This document shows, piece by piece, positions 10,380 through 20,524 of a stretch of DNA of 64,000 nucleotides. A program made the position numbers and the translations under genes. Where the stretch lies: assembly GCA_963807525.1 (NCBI GenBank), contig CAWECI010000021.1, positions 112,913 through 176,912 of the forward strand, read 5' to 3'. Within the stretch, counting starts at the first letter, position 1; every line of letters starts with the position of its first letter. The DNA comes from Candidatus Aminicenantes bacterium (GTDB lineage: Bacteria; Acidobacteriota; Aminicenantia; Aminicenantales; Saccharicenantaceae). Under the pieces are notes generated by a model, which had not been told where the DNA came from, made no database searches, and worked only from the letters and a program-made list of their open reading frames with translations.

Positions 10380-10403
10380 GGAAAATAGAAGCGTCCCATT
10401 TTC
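10380..10403 (-). repeat. copy A2 of the same motif (inverted)
   Basis: The + strand reads GGAAAATAGAAGCGTCCCATTTTC, which is the reverse complement of GAAAATGGGACGCTTCTATTTTCC. Confidence 0.7.
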
Positions 10404-10409
10404 TGTTGC

Positions 10410-10437
10410 TTGCCGCGAACGGCGATTTTGCTATAAT
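10410..10437 (+). promoter_or_regulatory. candidate argS promoter (TTGCCG-16 nt-TGCTATAAT)
   Basis: Exact TATAAT at 10432-10437 with a TGn extension, 12 nt before the ATG at 10450. No SD is visible. Confidence 0.5.
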
Positions 10438-10449
10438 AGTCAGCCGAAT

Positions 10450-12387
10450 ATGATCGCCCTCAAAACCCGGTTGAAAGAAGAGATTTACGACCGGCTGAAG
10501 CCCGTCTATCCGCTCGGCCTGGCCGACCTCGACATGGCCCCGACGCCCGACCCGAAGATGGGCGATCTGGCCCTGACCTTCCCTTTCCAGCTGGCCAAAA
10601 CGCTGAAGCGGCCGCCGCGCACGATCGCCCAGGAGGCGGCCCCCCTCGTCGCCGCGATCGCGGGGGTGGCCAAGGCCGAGGTGGCCGGCGGCGGGTTCCT
10701 CAACCTCTGGCTCGACAAGGCCGCCGCGTTCAGCGAGGCCATCCGCCTGGCTGGACGGACCTCCCTGGCCCCGGACGAGGGCAAGATCATCATCGAGCAT
10801 ACCAACATCAACCCCAACAAGGCCGCCCATATCGGCCACCTCCGCAACGCCTGTCTCGGCGATGCCCTGGCCCGGTCGCTCCGCTACAAGGGCGAGACCG
10901 TCGAGGTCCAGAACTACATCGACGATACGGGGGTGCAGGTCGTCGACGTCGTCTTCGGCGTCATGGAGCTCGAGGGCAAGACCGTCGCCGATCTGGAGGG
11001 GCTGCCCGGCAAGTTCGACTATTATTGCTGGGACCTCTACGCCCGGGTCTCGACCTACCTGGCCGCGCATCCGGAAGCCCAGGGCCGCAAGTCGGAGATC
11101 ATGCAGCGCATCGAGCACGGGCTCGACCCCGAATACGGGATGTCCCGCTATATCTCGCGGCGCATCGTCCGGGCTCACTTGGCGACCATGGCCCGGATCG
11201 GCATCGGCTACGACGTCCTTCCCTGCGAGAGCACCATCCTTCATCTGAAATTCTGGGACAAGGCTTTTGCCCTGCTCAAGGAGCGCCAGGCCATCACCCT
11301 GGCCACGGCAGGCGACAACAAAGGCTGTTGGGTCATGCGCCTGGAGGACGAGGCGGAGCGGGAGAAGATCATCGTCCGCTCCGACGGCACCGTGACCTAT
11401 GTCGGCAAGGACATCGCCTACCAGCTCTGGAAGTTCGGCCTGCTCGGGCAGGATTTCTACTACGAGCCGTTCGCCGAGGCGGGCGGACGGACGCTCTGGA
11501 TCTCGACCGCGGCGCCGACCGCGGCCCGGCCGGGCTTCGGCGGGGCGACCAAGGTCTACAACGTCATCGACACCCGCCAGTCCTACCTGCAGAAGGTCGT
11601 CGTCCAGGGCCTGCGGTCCCTTCATTTCGAAGCCCAGGCCGCCAAGTCCATCCATTTTTCCTACGAGATGGTGGCCCTGTCGCCCAAGAGCCTGGGCGAG
11701 CTCGGCTACGCGGCCTCGGAGGAGGAGAAGGACCGCTCCTTCCTCGAGGTCTCGGGCCGCAAGGGGCTCGGGGTCAAGGCCGACGACCTGCTCGACCGGC
11801 TCGAGGCCAAAGCCGAGGCCGAGATCGCAAAGAGGGACCCGGACCGGCCGGAGGCCGAGCGGCGCCGGACGGCCCGCGACATCGCCACGGGCGCGCTGCG
11901 CTATTTCATGCTCAAGTTCGCCCGCAATTCGGTCATCGTCTTCGATTTCGAGGAGGCCCTGAGCTTCGAGGGCGAGACCGGCCCCTATCTCCAGTACACG
12001 GCGGTCCGGCTGGCCAGCATCTTCCGCAAGCTCAAGGAGCGCACCGGCCTGGACGAGGCGGACATCATCCCGCCTTCTGGCGGCGCGGCCCTCATCCCGG
12101 CCGGGCTCGCGGCCCCGGAAGCGGCCGATTTCTGGGACCTCATCCTGACCGCGGCCTCTCTCGAAGAAGAGGTCCTGCGGTCCGTCGCGGCCCTCGAGTT
12201 CTCCCACCTGGCCAAGTTCGCCTTCCTCCTCTGCCAGAAATTCAACGGCTATTACCATAAGTATCCTGTCCTCGCCGAAGAGGATCCGGAGATCCGGGCC
12301 TTCCGCCTGCTCGTCCTCCGGACGGTCAAGGAGCAGCTGCACCGGGCCCTCGGGCTCATGGGCATCCCCCCGCCCGATCGCATGTGA
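10450..12387 (+). CDS. argS: arginine--tRNA ligase
   Basis: Intact 645 aa. N-terminus MIALKTRLKEEIYDRLKPVYP, HIGH-type motif NPNKAAHIGHLRN, C-terminus ends ...PPPDRM. The upstream part of ORF 9154..12387 is antisense to gcvT. Confidence 0.9.
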   Translation: MIALKTRLKEEIYDRLKPVYPLGLADLDMAPTPDPKMGDLALTFPFQLAKTLKRPPRTIAQEAAPLVAAIAGVAKAEVAGGGFLNLWLDKAAAFSEAIRLAGRTSLAPDEGKIIIEHTNINPNKAAHIGHLRNACLGDALARSLRYKGETVEVQNYIDDTGVQVVDVVFGVMELEGKTVADLEGLPGKFDYYCWDLYARVSTYLAAHPEAQGRKSEIMQRIEHGLDPEYGMSRYISRRIVRAHLATMARIGIGYDVLPCESTILHLKFWDKAFALLKERQAITLATAGDNKGCWVMRLEDEAEREKIIVRSDGTVTYVGKDIAYQLWKFGLLGQDFYYEPFAEAGGRTLWISTAAPTAARPGFGGATKVYNVIDTRQSYLQKVVVQGLRSLHFEAQAAKSIHFSYEMVALSPKSLGELGYAASEEEKDRSFLEVSGRKGLGVKADDLLDRLEAKAEAEIAKRDPDRPEAERRRTARDIATGALRYFMLKFARNSVIVFDFEEALSFEGETGPYLQYTAVRLASIFRKLKERTGLDEADIIPPSGGAALIPAGLAAPEAADFWDLILTAASLEEEVLRSVAALEFSHLAKFAFLLCQKFNGYYHKYPVLAEEDPEIRAFRLLVLRTVKEQLHRALGLMGIPPPDRM

Positions 12388-12439
12388 CGCAACGACCCGG
12401 GTCCCTCAACGGTTGGAGAACCTATCAGCGGAGGTGAAC

Positions 12440-13363
12440 ATGATCGAAGTCCAAGGGCTCACCAAGAGATATGGGGAGCTCGAAGCCGTCCGCGACCTGA
12501 CGTTCAGCGTCGAGGCCGGGCGCATCTGGGGCCTGCTCGGCCCGAACGCGGCCGGCAAGACCACGACGATGCGCATCCTGACCGGCTACCTGCCGGCCAC
12601 GTCCGGGCGGGCCACGGTCGCCGGGTTCGACGTCTTCGACAAGCCCAACGACGTCAAGCGGTCCATCGGCTACCTGCCCGAGATCGTCCCGCTCTATCAG
12701 GACATGACGGTCTCGGCCTATCTGGCCTTCGTGGCCGAGATCAAGCAGGTCCCGAAGGCCCGCCGCAAGGCCGCCCTGGCCCGGGTCATCGAGTCGGCCG
12801 GGCTCAAGGACGTCAGCCGGCGGCTGATCAAGAACATCTCCCGCGGCTTCAAGCAGCGGGTCGGCGTCGCCCAGGCCATGATCCACGACCCCCAGGTCCT
12901 CGTCCTCGACGAGCCGACGATCGGCCTCGACCCGGCCCAGATCCGGGAGATCCGCGAGCTCATCCGCGGCCTCCGCGGCGAGCACACGATCCTGCTGTCC
13001 ACGCACATCCTGCCGGAGGTCACGCAGGTCTGCGACGGCGTCGTCATCATCAACGAGGGCCGGCTCATGGCCTCCGGGTCGCTGGCGGAGCTGGCGGACT
13101 CGTTCGCCAAGAGCGACGGCGTCCTGGTGCGGCTCCGCCGCGGCGGCCCGGACGAGGCGGCCCTGTTCCGCGCCTTGCCCGGCGTCGAGAAGGCGGCCGT
13201 CGAAGGCGACGAGATCCGCATCGAATGGCCCCGCGGCCGGGACCTTCGCGACGACGTCGCCCGCCTGGTCCTGGACAAGGGCCTCGGCCTGCGCGAGATG
13301 AGGTCCCTCTCCGGCATCGAGGATCTCTACCTCAAGATCGTCTCCGGAAGGAGCGAACAATGA
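12440..13363 (+). CDS. ABC transporter ATP-binding protein (GldA-like, ABC-2 type)
   Basis: Walker A GPNAAGKTT, signature ISRGFKQR, Walker B LVLDEPT. GGAGG SD lies 6 nt before the ATG at 12440. Confidence 0.85.
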   Translation: MIEVQGLTKRYGELEAVRDLTFSVEAGRIWGLLGPNAAGKTTTMRILTGYLPATSGRATVAGFDVFDKPNDVKRSIGYLPEIVPLYQDMTVSAYLAFVAEIKQVPKARRKAALARVIESAGLKDVSRRLIKNISRGFKQRVGVAQAMIHDPQVLVLDEPTIGLDPAQIREIRELIRGLRGEHTILLSTHILPEVTQVCDGVVIINEGRLMASGSLAELADSFAKSDGVLVRLRRGGPDEAALFRALPGVEKAAVEGDEIRIEWPRGRDLRDDVARLVLDKGLGLREMRSLSGIEDLYLKIVSGRSEQ

Positions 13364-14128
13364 ACAACATCTGGTCCCTCGTCAAAAAGGAGGTCCGGGC
13401 CTATTTCGGCTCGCCGATCGCCTATGCCGTCCTGTTCGCCTTCACGCTCATCTTCGGCTGGATTCTTCTACAACCTGATCATGTGGTTCAACCTCCAGTC
13501 CCTGCAGATGGCCCAGAACCCCTACTATGCCCAGCAGATCAACATCAACGAGATGGTCTTCTCGCCGCTCTTCGGCAACATGTCCCTCATCCTCGTCTTC
13601 GTCACGCCTCTGCTGACCATGCGGCTTCTGGCCGAAGAAAAGAAGAACGGCACGGACGAGCTCCTCTACACCTCGCCTCTCACGGTCGGACAGATCGTCC
13701 TCGGCAAATACCTGGCCGCCTTGGTCATGCTCGCGGCCATGCTCGGCCTGACGGCCGTCCTGTCGATCTTCGCCTTCGCCCTCGGCAATCCCGAGTTGGC
13801 GCCCTGGCTAACCGGCTACCTGGGGCTGTTCCTGATGGGCGGGGCCTGCATCGGCATCGGCCTGTTCTTCTCCTCCCTGACCGAGAACCAGATCGTCGCC
13901 GCGGTCCTGACCCTCCTGACCCTCCTCCTGTTCTTCCTGCTCCACTGGGTCTCGACGCTGGGGAGCGGCGCTTGGCAGGGCGTCGTCAACTACCTGGGTT
14001 TCTCGACGCACCTGGGGGACATGACCCAGGGCATCCTGGACACCAAGGATATCGTCTATTACGTCAGCTTCTCGTTTTTCGGCCTCTTCCTCGCCCACTC
14101 GGTCGTCCAGTCCAGGCGCTGGAGGTAA
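13360..14128 (+). pseudogene. ABC-2 type permease (GldF-like), one +1 frameshift near 13455
   Basis: MNNIWSLVKKEVRAYFGSPIAYAVLFAFTLIFG continues in the +1 frame as GFFYNLIMWFNLQSLQMAQNPYY...EEKKNGTDELLYTSPL. ATGA overlap with the ATPase gene. Confidence 0.8.
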
Positions 14129-14131
14129 GAC

Positions 14132-15723
14132 ATGGACGCGCTCAAAAAGTATCTCAACCTCGCCGCGGCGGGCCTCATCGCTCTCGGCCTCATCCTCTTA
14201 GCCGTCTGGCCCCAGACCAAGACCGCCGCCCTGATCATCGCCGCTCTCGGCGTCCTCGCCTTGGCCGGCACCATCGTCCTCAACCGCGGGGCGCTGGCCC
14301 AGAAGTTCCAGCGGAGATCGCTGCTCTATTCCGGCAACCTCGGCTTTGATCGTGGTCCTGGTCCTGGCCATCTTCGGCCTGGCCAACTATTTTCTGGCCA
14401 ACCATAATCACCGTTGGGACTTCACCGCGGCCAAACTCCACAGTCTGTCCGACCAGTCCCTCACCGTGCTCAAGGCCCTTAAGACGGACGTCGACTTCAA
14501 GGCCTTCTTCCGTTCAGGCACCGGCGCCCAGGCGGCCATGGAGAACCTGCTCAAGCTCTATGCCTACCACTCGGCCCGGGTCAAGTACGAGTTCATCGAT
14601 CCCGGACAAGAACCCCGGGCTGGTCAAGCGCTACGGCGTCACCCAGGACGGGACGACCGTCATCGAGGCCGGGGACAAAGAAGGCCGCATCACGACGGCC
14701 ACCGAGGAGGACCTCACCAACGCCCTGATCAAGGCCACCCGGGCGCAGAAGAAGGTCCTCTACTTCCTCGAGGGCCACGGCGAGCAATCGGTCGAGGATT
14801 CGGGCGATAACGGCTACTCGGCGCTCAAGGCCGAGCTCGAAAAGCTCGGCTACGAGGTCAAGAAGCAGACCCTGGCCCTGTCCGACCGCTTCCCCAAGGA
14901 CTGCGCCCTGCTCGTCGTCGCCGGGCCGCAGAAGGACCTCGTCCCCAACGAATACGAGACGCTCAAGACGTATATCGCCGGCGGCGGCCGCTGCCTGTTC
15001 CTGGTCGATCCCGAGACGGAGACGACCCTGCCGGCGTTCCTGGCCGGATACGGCATCAAGCTCGAGAACGACCTCGTGGTCGACACCGTCTCGCGCCTGC
15101 TCGGCGGCGATTATTTCATGCCCGTCGTCACCGAGTACGAACCGCACGCCATCACGTCGAAGTTCTCCTATGCCACGTTCTTCCCCTACGCCCGGTCGGT
15201 CGAGGCCGGCGAGACCAAGCCCGAAGGCGCCACCGTGACCATCCTGGCCAAGACCAGCCCCAATTCCTGGTCCGAGCACGAGCTCGACCAGAAAGAGGTC
15301 AAGTTCGACGCGGGCAAGGACCGTCAAGGCCCGATCGGTCTCGCGGCCGTAGCGACCTTCAAGACCAAGCCCGTCCCCCCCGCCGCGGCGCCCGAAGCCG
15401 CCAAGCCAGGCCAGCCGGCTCCCGCAGGGACGGCCAAGCCGGCCGAAGAGAAGGAGGCCCGGCTGGCGGTCATCGGCGACTCCGATTTCGCCAAGAACCA
15501 CTACTACGGGCTGTCCGGCAACGGCAATTTTTTCCTCAACGTCGCCAACTGGCTGACCGAGGAATCCGACCTCATCTCGATCCAGCCGAAGACCCAGATG
15601 CCGCGGACGATCCAGCTGACCGCGTCGCAAGGGCGGCTGCTCTTCCTCGTCAGCATCGTGATCCTGCCGCTGGCCGTTCTCCTGCTCGGCGTCTCCGTCT
15701 GGGCCCGCCGGAGGTCCTTGTGA
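14132..15723 (+). pseudogene. GldG-like ABC transporter auxiliary protein, two +1 frameshifts (about 14345 and 14600)
   Basis: Three consecutive frame segments: MDALKKYLNL...; IVVLVLAIFGLANYFLANHNHRWDFTAAKLHSLSDQS...; NPGLVKRYGVTQDGTTVIEAGDKE...ARRRSL. Confidence 0.8.
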
Positions 15724-17120
15724 AGATCAAGACGACCCTGATCTTGCTTGGGGTCTTCGCCGTTCTGCTGGCCGCGGTCCTTTATTTCGACAAGAATGGC
15801 GCGGCCAAGAAGACCGCCGAGGAGGCGTCGAACAGCCTGATCAGCGTCACGGCCGGGGACATTCACAAGATCAGTCTCGTCCGCGGCCCCGAAACGCTCG
15901 CCATCGAGCGGGACGAGGCCGGCTCCTGGCGCCTGACCTCACCGCTCCAGGCCGCCGCCGACGAGTCGGAAGCGAACAGCCTGGCCGGCGCGCTGGCCTC
16001 CCTCAGGATCGAGCGCGTCGTCGAGAAGGAGGCCAAGGACCCCAAGGCCTACGAGATCCCGACGACGCAGGTTTCGATCTGGCTCAAGGGCCAGGACGCG
16101 CCCATCCGGCTCCTCGTCGGCATGGAGAACCCGCTCGACAAGAGTCTCTTCGCCAAGCGCGAGGATGACCCGCGGATCGTCCTCCTCTCCTCGACACTCA
16201 AGACGACGCTCGACAAGCCGGTCTTCGATTTCCGCGTGAAGGACGTCTTCAAGTTCACGGCCGACGACGTCAAAAGCATCCGGGTGAAGGCCAAGGCCAA
16301 GGACGCCGCCTGGCAGGCGGACCGGGTGGACTCCGGCTGGGTCCTCAAGGCCCCCGTCGCATCGGTCGCGGCCAAGGGCAAGATCGAATCCCTACTCGAA
16401 TCGCTGTCGGGCCTCCGGGCCAAGGCCTTCGTGGCCGAAACGAAGAACGCAGCTACGCTCAAGGAGTTCGGCCTCGACAAGCCCGACTATGAGGTGGCCT
16501 TGTCCCTGCCCGCCAAGAGCCAGGAGATCGTCTTCGCCTTGCACAAGAAAGGCGAGAACCAATACGCGACGACCTCCCCGTCAACCAAGATCATCACGTT
16601 CGAGGGGACGCTCCTGGCCGATCTCGACCGCAAGGCCGAAGAGATGCGGGAGAAGAAGATCGCCGATTTCTATTCCTGGGATGCGGACCGGGTGGCCCTG
16701 AAGCACGACGGCGTCGAGATCGCGGCGGTCAAGGAGAAGGCGGGCGACACGGACAAGTGGGTCCTCGAGGGCCCCGCTAAAATCGAGGCCGACCGCGCCA
16801 AGGTCGAGGACTTCCTCCGCAAGATCGAGGGCCTCGAAGCCACGGCCTTCGTCGACGCGCCCGGCCCGCTGGCCGCCTACGGCCTCGCGCCCGGGGCCGA
16901 GATCCGCATCCGGGCCAAGGACGCGCAAGGCCAGGCCAAGGAGATCGTCCTCACGGTCGGACGCGAGGACGCGGCGAAGAAGCAAGTGGCCGTCAAGAGC
17001 CCGGGACTCGCTTATCTCTGGCTCGTCGACCCATCGTTCCTTCAGGACTGGCCCAAGGAGGCTAAGGACTGGCAGGCCGTCCCGCCGAAAGCGGAAGAGA
17101 AGCCCGCTGAGAAAAAGTAA
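15720..17120 (+). CDS. DUF4340 domain protein
   Basis: Intact 466 aa with an N-terminal anchor MKIKTTLILLGVFAVLLAAVLYF. Its position directly after the GldG-like gene is typical for DUF4340. GTG start overlaps the upstream stop. Confidence 0.7.
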   Translation: MKIKTTLILLGVFAVLLAAVLYFDKNGAAKKTAEEASNSLISVTAGDIHKISLVRGPETLAIERDEAGSWRLTSPLQAAADESEANSLAGALASLRIERVVEKEAKDPKAYEIPTTQVSIWLKGQDAPIRLLVGMENPLDKSLFAKREDDPRIVLLSSTLKTTLDKPVFDFRVKDVFKFTADDVKSIRVKAKAKDAAWQADRVDSGWVLKAPVASVAAKGKIESLLESLSGLRAKAFVAETKNAATLKEFGLDKPDYEVALSLPAKSQEIVFALHKKGENQYATTSPSTKIITFEGTLLADLDRKAEEMREKKIADFYSWDADRVALKHDGVEIAAVKEKAGDTDKWVLEGPAKIEADRAKVEDFLRKIEGLEATAFVDAPGPLAAYGLAPGAEIRIRAKDAQGQAKEIVLTVGREDAAKKQVAVKSPGLAYLWLVDPSFLQDWPKEAKDWQAVPPKAEEKPAEKK

Positions 17121-17121
17121 C

Positions 17122-18161
17122 TTTGCGGCCCGGCTTCTGGCCTGGTATCGGGCCCACCGGCGGGACCTGCCGTGGCGCCGGACCCGCGAGGCCTACCCGA
17201 TCTGGGTCTCGGAGATCATGCTCCAACAGACGACTGTACCGGCCGTCCTCCCCTATTTCGAGCGCTGGATGGAGGTCTTTCCCGATGTCCGAAGCCTGGC
17301 CCGGGCCCCGTTGCGAAAAGTCCTCAGAGAGTGGCAGGGCCTCGGCTATTATCAGAGGGCGAGAAACCTCCACACGGCGGCCAAGCGCATGGCCGCCGAA
17401 CATGGCGCGAAGGTCCCCGGCGACGAATCCGTCCTGAGGCGTCTGCCCAGGCTTCGGCCCTTATACCACCGCCGCCGTGCTGAGCCTGGCCTACGGCCGG
17501 CCGCTGCCCGTCATCGACGCCAACGTCCGGCGGGTCCTGATGAGGGTCCTGGGACTCAACGGGCCGGCGGAACCCCGCGTCGACAAGTCCCTACGGACCT
17601 TCCTGGAGACGGTCTTTAGCGCGCGAGAGCCGGGAGATTTCAATCAGGCTATGATGGAGCTCGGAGCGCTCGTCTGCCGCAGCCGTAACCCTCAGTGCCT
17701 GGCCTGCCCGGTGCGCCCGTTCTGCCGGGCAGCCCGCGAAGGGATCCAGGAACTGATCCCCCGGCCGAAGACGCTCAGGCTCGAGCGGATCGAGGTTGTC
17801 GTCGCCGTCGATCGAGAAGGACGGCCGGTTCCTGCTGCAGCAAAGACCGGCGGGAGGGCTGCTGGCCGGCCTCTGGGAGTTCCCCGGCGGGAAAGTCGAG
17901 CCCGGTGAGGGTCTGGTCCCCGCCCTCCGACGGGAGATCCGGGAAGAGCTGGGGATCAAGATCGAGGACGTCCGCCGGCTGACGACCGTCCGGCACGCCT
18001 ATACGCGCTTCGAAGTGACGCTCCACGCCTACCGGTGCCACATCCGCAACGAAGAGTTCAAGCCCGGAACTAGACGCCGCTGGGTCACCTTGAGGGCCAT
18101 CCGCACCTATCCCCTGCCTTCGGGGAGCGTCAAGATCGTCGACGTCCTGGCCGGACGCTAG
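17122..18161 (+). pseudogene. mutY: A/G-specific adenine glycosylase MutY, two +1 frameshifts (about 17450 and 17810); start codon unclear
   Basis: FAARLLAWYRAHRRDLPWRRTREAYPIWVSEIMLQQTTV; an inserted A breaks LPGFGPYTTAAVLSLAYG; Fe-S loop CRSRNPQCLACPVRPFC; C-terminal NUDIX-like GLWEFPGGKVE. Confidence 0.85.
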
Positions 18162-18164
18162 CGG

Positions 18165-18191
18165 GCCTGGCGTTTTGACGAATGGCCAGGC
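18165..18191. terminator. hairpin between convergent mutY and flavodiiron genes
   Basis: GCCTGGC (18165-18171) pairs with GCCAGGC (18185-18191) across a 13-nt loop. No clear U-tract. Confidence 0.3.
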
Positions 18192-19374
18192 TAGATCAGG
18201 CCCAGTTCCTTGTGCTTGGCCGCGATCACCCCGGCCAGCGCGTCGATGTCCTGGAGGTCGGACGGCTTCGGCAGCCCCTTGGCGATGACCGAGGGCAGCA
18301 GCTCGACCCTGAGGTTCGGCATCGCCCCTTTGATCGTGTCGACCATCTTCCCGGCCCAGCCGTAGCTGCCGATGATCGCGGCGAAGCGGGCCTTGGGGCG
18401 CAGGGCGTTGGCCAGGACGACGCGCGTTGAAAACCGCCGGGTGCGGGCCGACATGGACCGTCGGGCAGGCGACGACGATCGTGGCGGCGTCGACCAGGGC
18501 CATGGCCAGTTGGCCGATGTCGGCCGTGGCCATGTTGAACGGCAGGACCTCGACGCCGCGCTCGACCAGGGCCGTGGTCAGATGCTCGACCATGATAGGC
18601 CGTCGAGCCGTGCATGGTCACCCAGGGCATGACGACCGGTTGTGCGGCTTGTCGTCGGTCCAGTCGCGGTAGGCCTGGATGACGGACTGAGGGTCGCGAT
18701 AGATCGGGCCGTGGCTCGGGGCGATCAGCCGGATCTCGAGGTCCTGGATCTTGTCCAGGTTCTTCTGGATGATCTTGCGGAACGGCATCATGATCTCGGC
18801 GTAGTACCGCTTGGCCTCGGCCTTGATGCAGTCGACGCAATCGACGAACAGGTCGGTCTGGGCCAGGTGGGAGCCGAACCAGTCGCAGCTGAAGAGGATC
18901 CGGTCCTCCTCGAGATAGGTCGACATCGTCTCGGGCCAGTGGACCCAGGGCGTATAGATGAAACGCAGGGTCTTGCCGCCGAGGTCCAGGCGTCTCGCCG
19001 TCGGCGACGGTCCGGATCCGGGCCGGGTCGATCCCCAGATGGTCGACGAGCATGGGCTTGGCCGTCTCGGAGGCCAGGACGATGGCTTGCGGGATAGCGG
19101 GTCAGGAGCCAGGGGATGCTCCCCGAATGGTCCTGCTCGGTGTGGTTGGAAATGACATAGTCGATCCTGTGCACGTCCTCGAGATAGGCCTCGAGAATGT
19201 CGAACGCTTGGACGGCTCGACCGAGTCGATGAGAGCGATCTTGTTCCGGCCGCGGACGAGGTAGGAATTGTAGCTCGTGCCGTCGGGCAGGGGGATGAGG
19301 CCGTCGAACAGCCGGCGGTCAAAGTCCTGGGCGCCCACATAAAGGACATCGGGAACGATCTCTCGGGGTTTCAT
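18191..19374 (-). pseudogene. flavodiiron protein (FprA-type A-type flavoprotein), about 6 frameshifts
   Basis: [40 protein letters not shown]; diiron motif [10 protein letters not shown]; LRFIYTPWVHWPETMSTYLEEDRILFSCDWFGSH; flavodoxin-like tail FAAIIGSYGWAGKMVD. The pieces are spread over 3 frames. Confidence 0.8.
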
Positions 19375-19387
19375 GCGGTTCCGTCTC

Positions 19388-19408
19388 CTCGGAATGATTA
19401 ATTCCGAG
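19388..19408. promoter_or_regulatory. perfect 8-5-8 palindrome CTCGGAAT-GATTA-ATTCCGAG next to the flavodiiron start
   Basis: Lies 14-34 nt upstream of the ATG at 19374 and adjoins the GGAG of the likely SD. Confidence 0.35.
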
Positions 19409-19539
19409 TCATTTTATAGGATTTTCGATGAAAAATAAAGTGGCCTAGACGTCTCAGACCTCGAAATGGACCTTACGCGGCACGATATCGCCGGCCGGGC
19501 GGCCATGCCAATGAAGCCACTAGGGCACCGCGGCGGCGG

Positions 19540-19569
19540 TTGACAATCCGTCCAGCCTCCGTCTAGAGT
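19540..19569 (+). promoter_or_regulatory. candidate promoter TTGACA-18 nt-TAGAGT for the SDR/ADH pair
   Basis: Exact TTGACA at 19540-19545 and TAGAGT at 19564-19569, about 90 nt upstream of the ATG at 19662. Confidence 0.4.
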
Positions 19570-19661
19570 AGGGCCAGGGGCCGGGTCGCGGCAGGGATCG
19601 CCAACCTCTAGATCCTGTTGCGCTAAGGCTTGGCCGAACGGGCGGCCAACGAGGTGCTGTC

Positions 19662-20516
19662 ATGACCGACGAACTATTCGAACTGGCCGGGAAGACCGCC
19701 GTGGTCACCGGAGGAGGCGGCATCCTTGGCGGGGTCATGGCCCAGGCCCTGGCCGCGCGCGGCGCGGCCGTGGCTATTTTGGATATCCGTGAGGCCGCCG
19801 CCGTGGCTGCGGCCGGCCGGGTGACCGCGGCGGGCGGCCGGGCCATCGGCCTCGCCTGCGACGTCCTTGACGAAGCCGCCCTGGCGCGGGCGGCGGCGCG
19901 CGTGACCCAGGAATTCGGCGGCCTCGACATCCTGGTCAACGCGGCCGGCGGCAACGCGCCGGCGGCGACGACTTCCAAAGAGATGGCCGGGCCGGACGAT
20001 CTCCTGGGGGGCTCCGGGACCGCGCGGACGATCTTCGACCTGGAGGTCGCGGACCTCCGGCGGGTCCTCGACCTGAACCTCCTGGGCACCCTGCTCCCCT
20101 GCCGGGTCCTGGGCGGGGAGATGGCCCGCCGCGGCGGCGGGACGATCGTCAATATCTCGTCGATGACTGCGTCGAGACCGCTGACCAAGGTGGCGGCCTA
20201 TTCGGTGGCCAAGGCCGGCGTATCAAATCTCACGGCCTGGCTAGCAGCCCACCTGGCCCCGCTGCACATCCGGGTCAACGCCATCGCCCCCGGCTTCTTC
20301 CTGACCGACCAGAACCGCTTCCTTCTCACCGACGAGAGGACGGGCGGACTGACGGCCCGAGGTCAGGCGGTCATCGCCCACACGCCGCTCGGCCGCTTCG
20401 GCGCGCCACAGGACCTGGCCGGCGTCCTCATCTGGCTCGTGTCCGGGGCATCCTCGTTCGTCACCGGCGCGATCATCCCCGTCGACGGGGGCTTTTCCGC
20501 CTATTCCGGAGTCTAG
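19662..20516 (+). CDS. SDR family oxidoreductase
   Basis: TGGGGILG cofactor motif and catalytic YSVAK. Intact 284 aa. Confidence 0.85.
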   Translation: MTDELFELAGKTAVVTGGGGILGGVMAQALAARGAAVAILDIREAAAVAAAGRVTAAGGRAIGLACDVLDEAALARAAARVTQEFGGLDILVNAAGGNAPAATTSKEMAGPDDLLGGSGTARTIFDLEVADLRRVLDLNLLGTLLPCRVLGGEMARRGGGTIVNISSMTASRPLTKVAAYSVAKAGVSNLTAWLAAHLAPLHIRVNAIAPGFFLTDQNRFLLTDERTGGLTARGQAVIAHTPLGRFGAPQDLAGVLIWLVSGASSFVTGAIIPVDGGFSAYSGV

Positions 20517-20524
20517 AAGGTCCC

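Noticed and set aside
10404-10449. T-box leader for argS, and likewise for serS at 30028..30060
   Set aside because: The spacers are far too short, and no T-box sequence (AANNNGGGTGGTACCGCG-like) or specifier or antiterminator structure is present.
9154-12387. Mirror-image giant ORFs (1077 aa on + and 1054 aa on -, 9178..12342) spanning the same 3.2 kb
   Set aside because: Each is a real gene (argS on +, gcvT on -) extended through the stop-free antisense of the other. This is typical of high-GC DNA. The extensions are Arg/Ala/Gly/Asp-rich with no recognisable domains.
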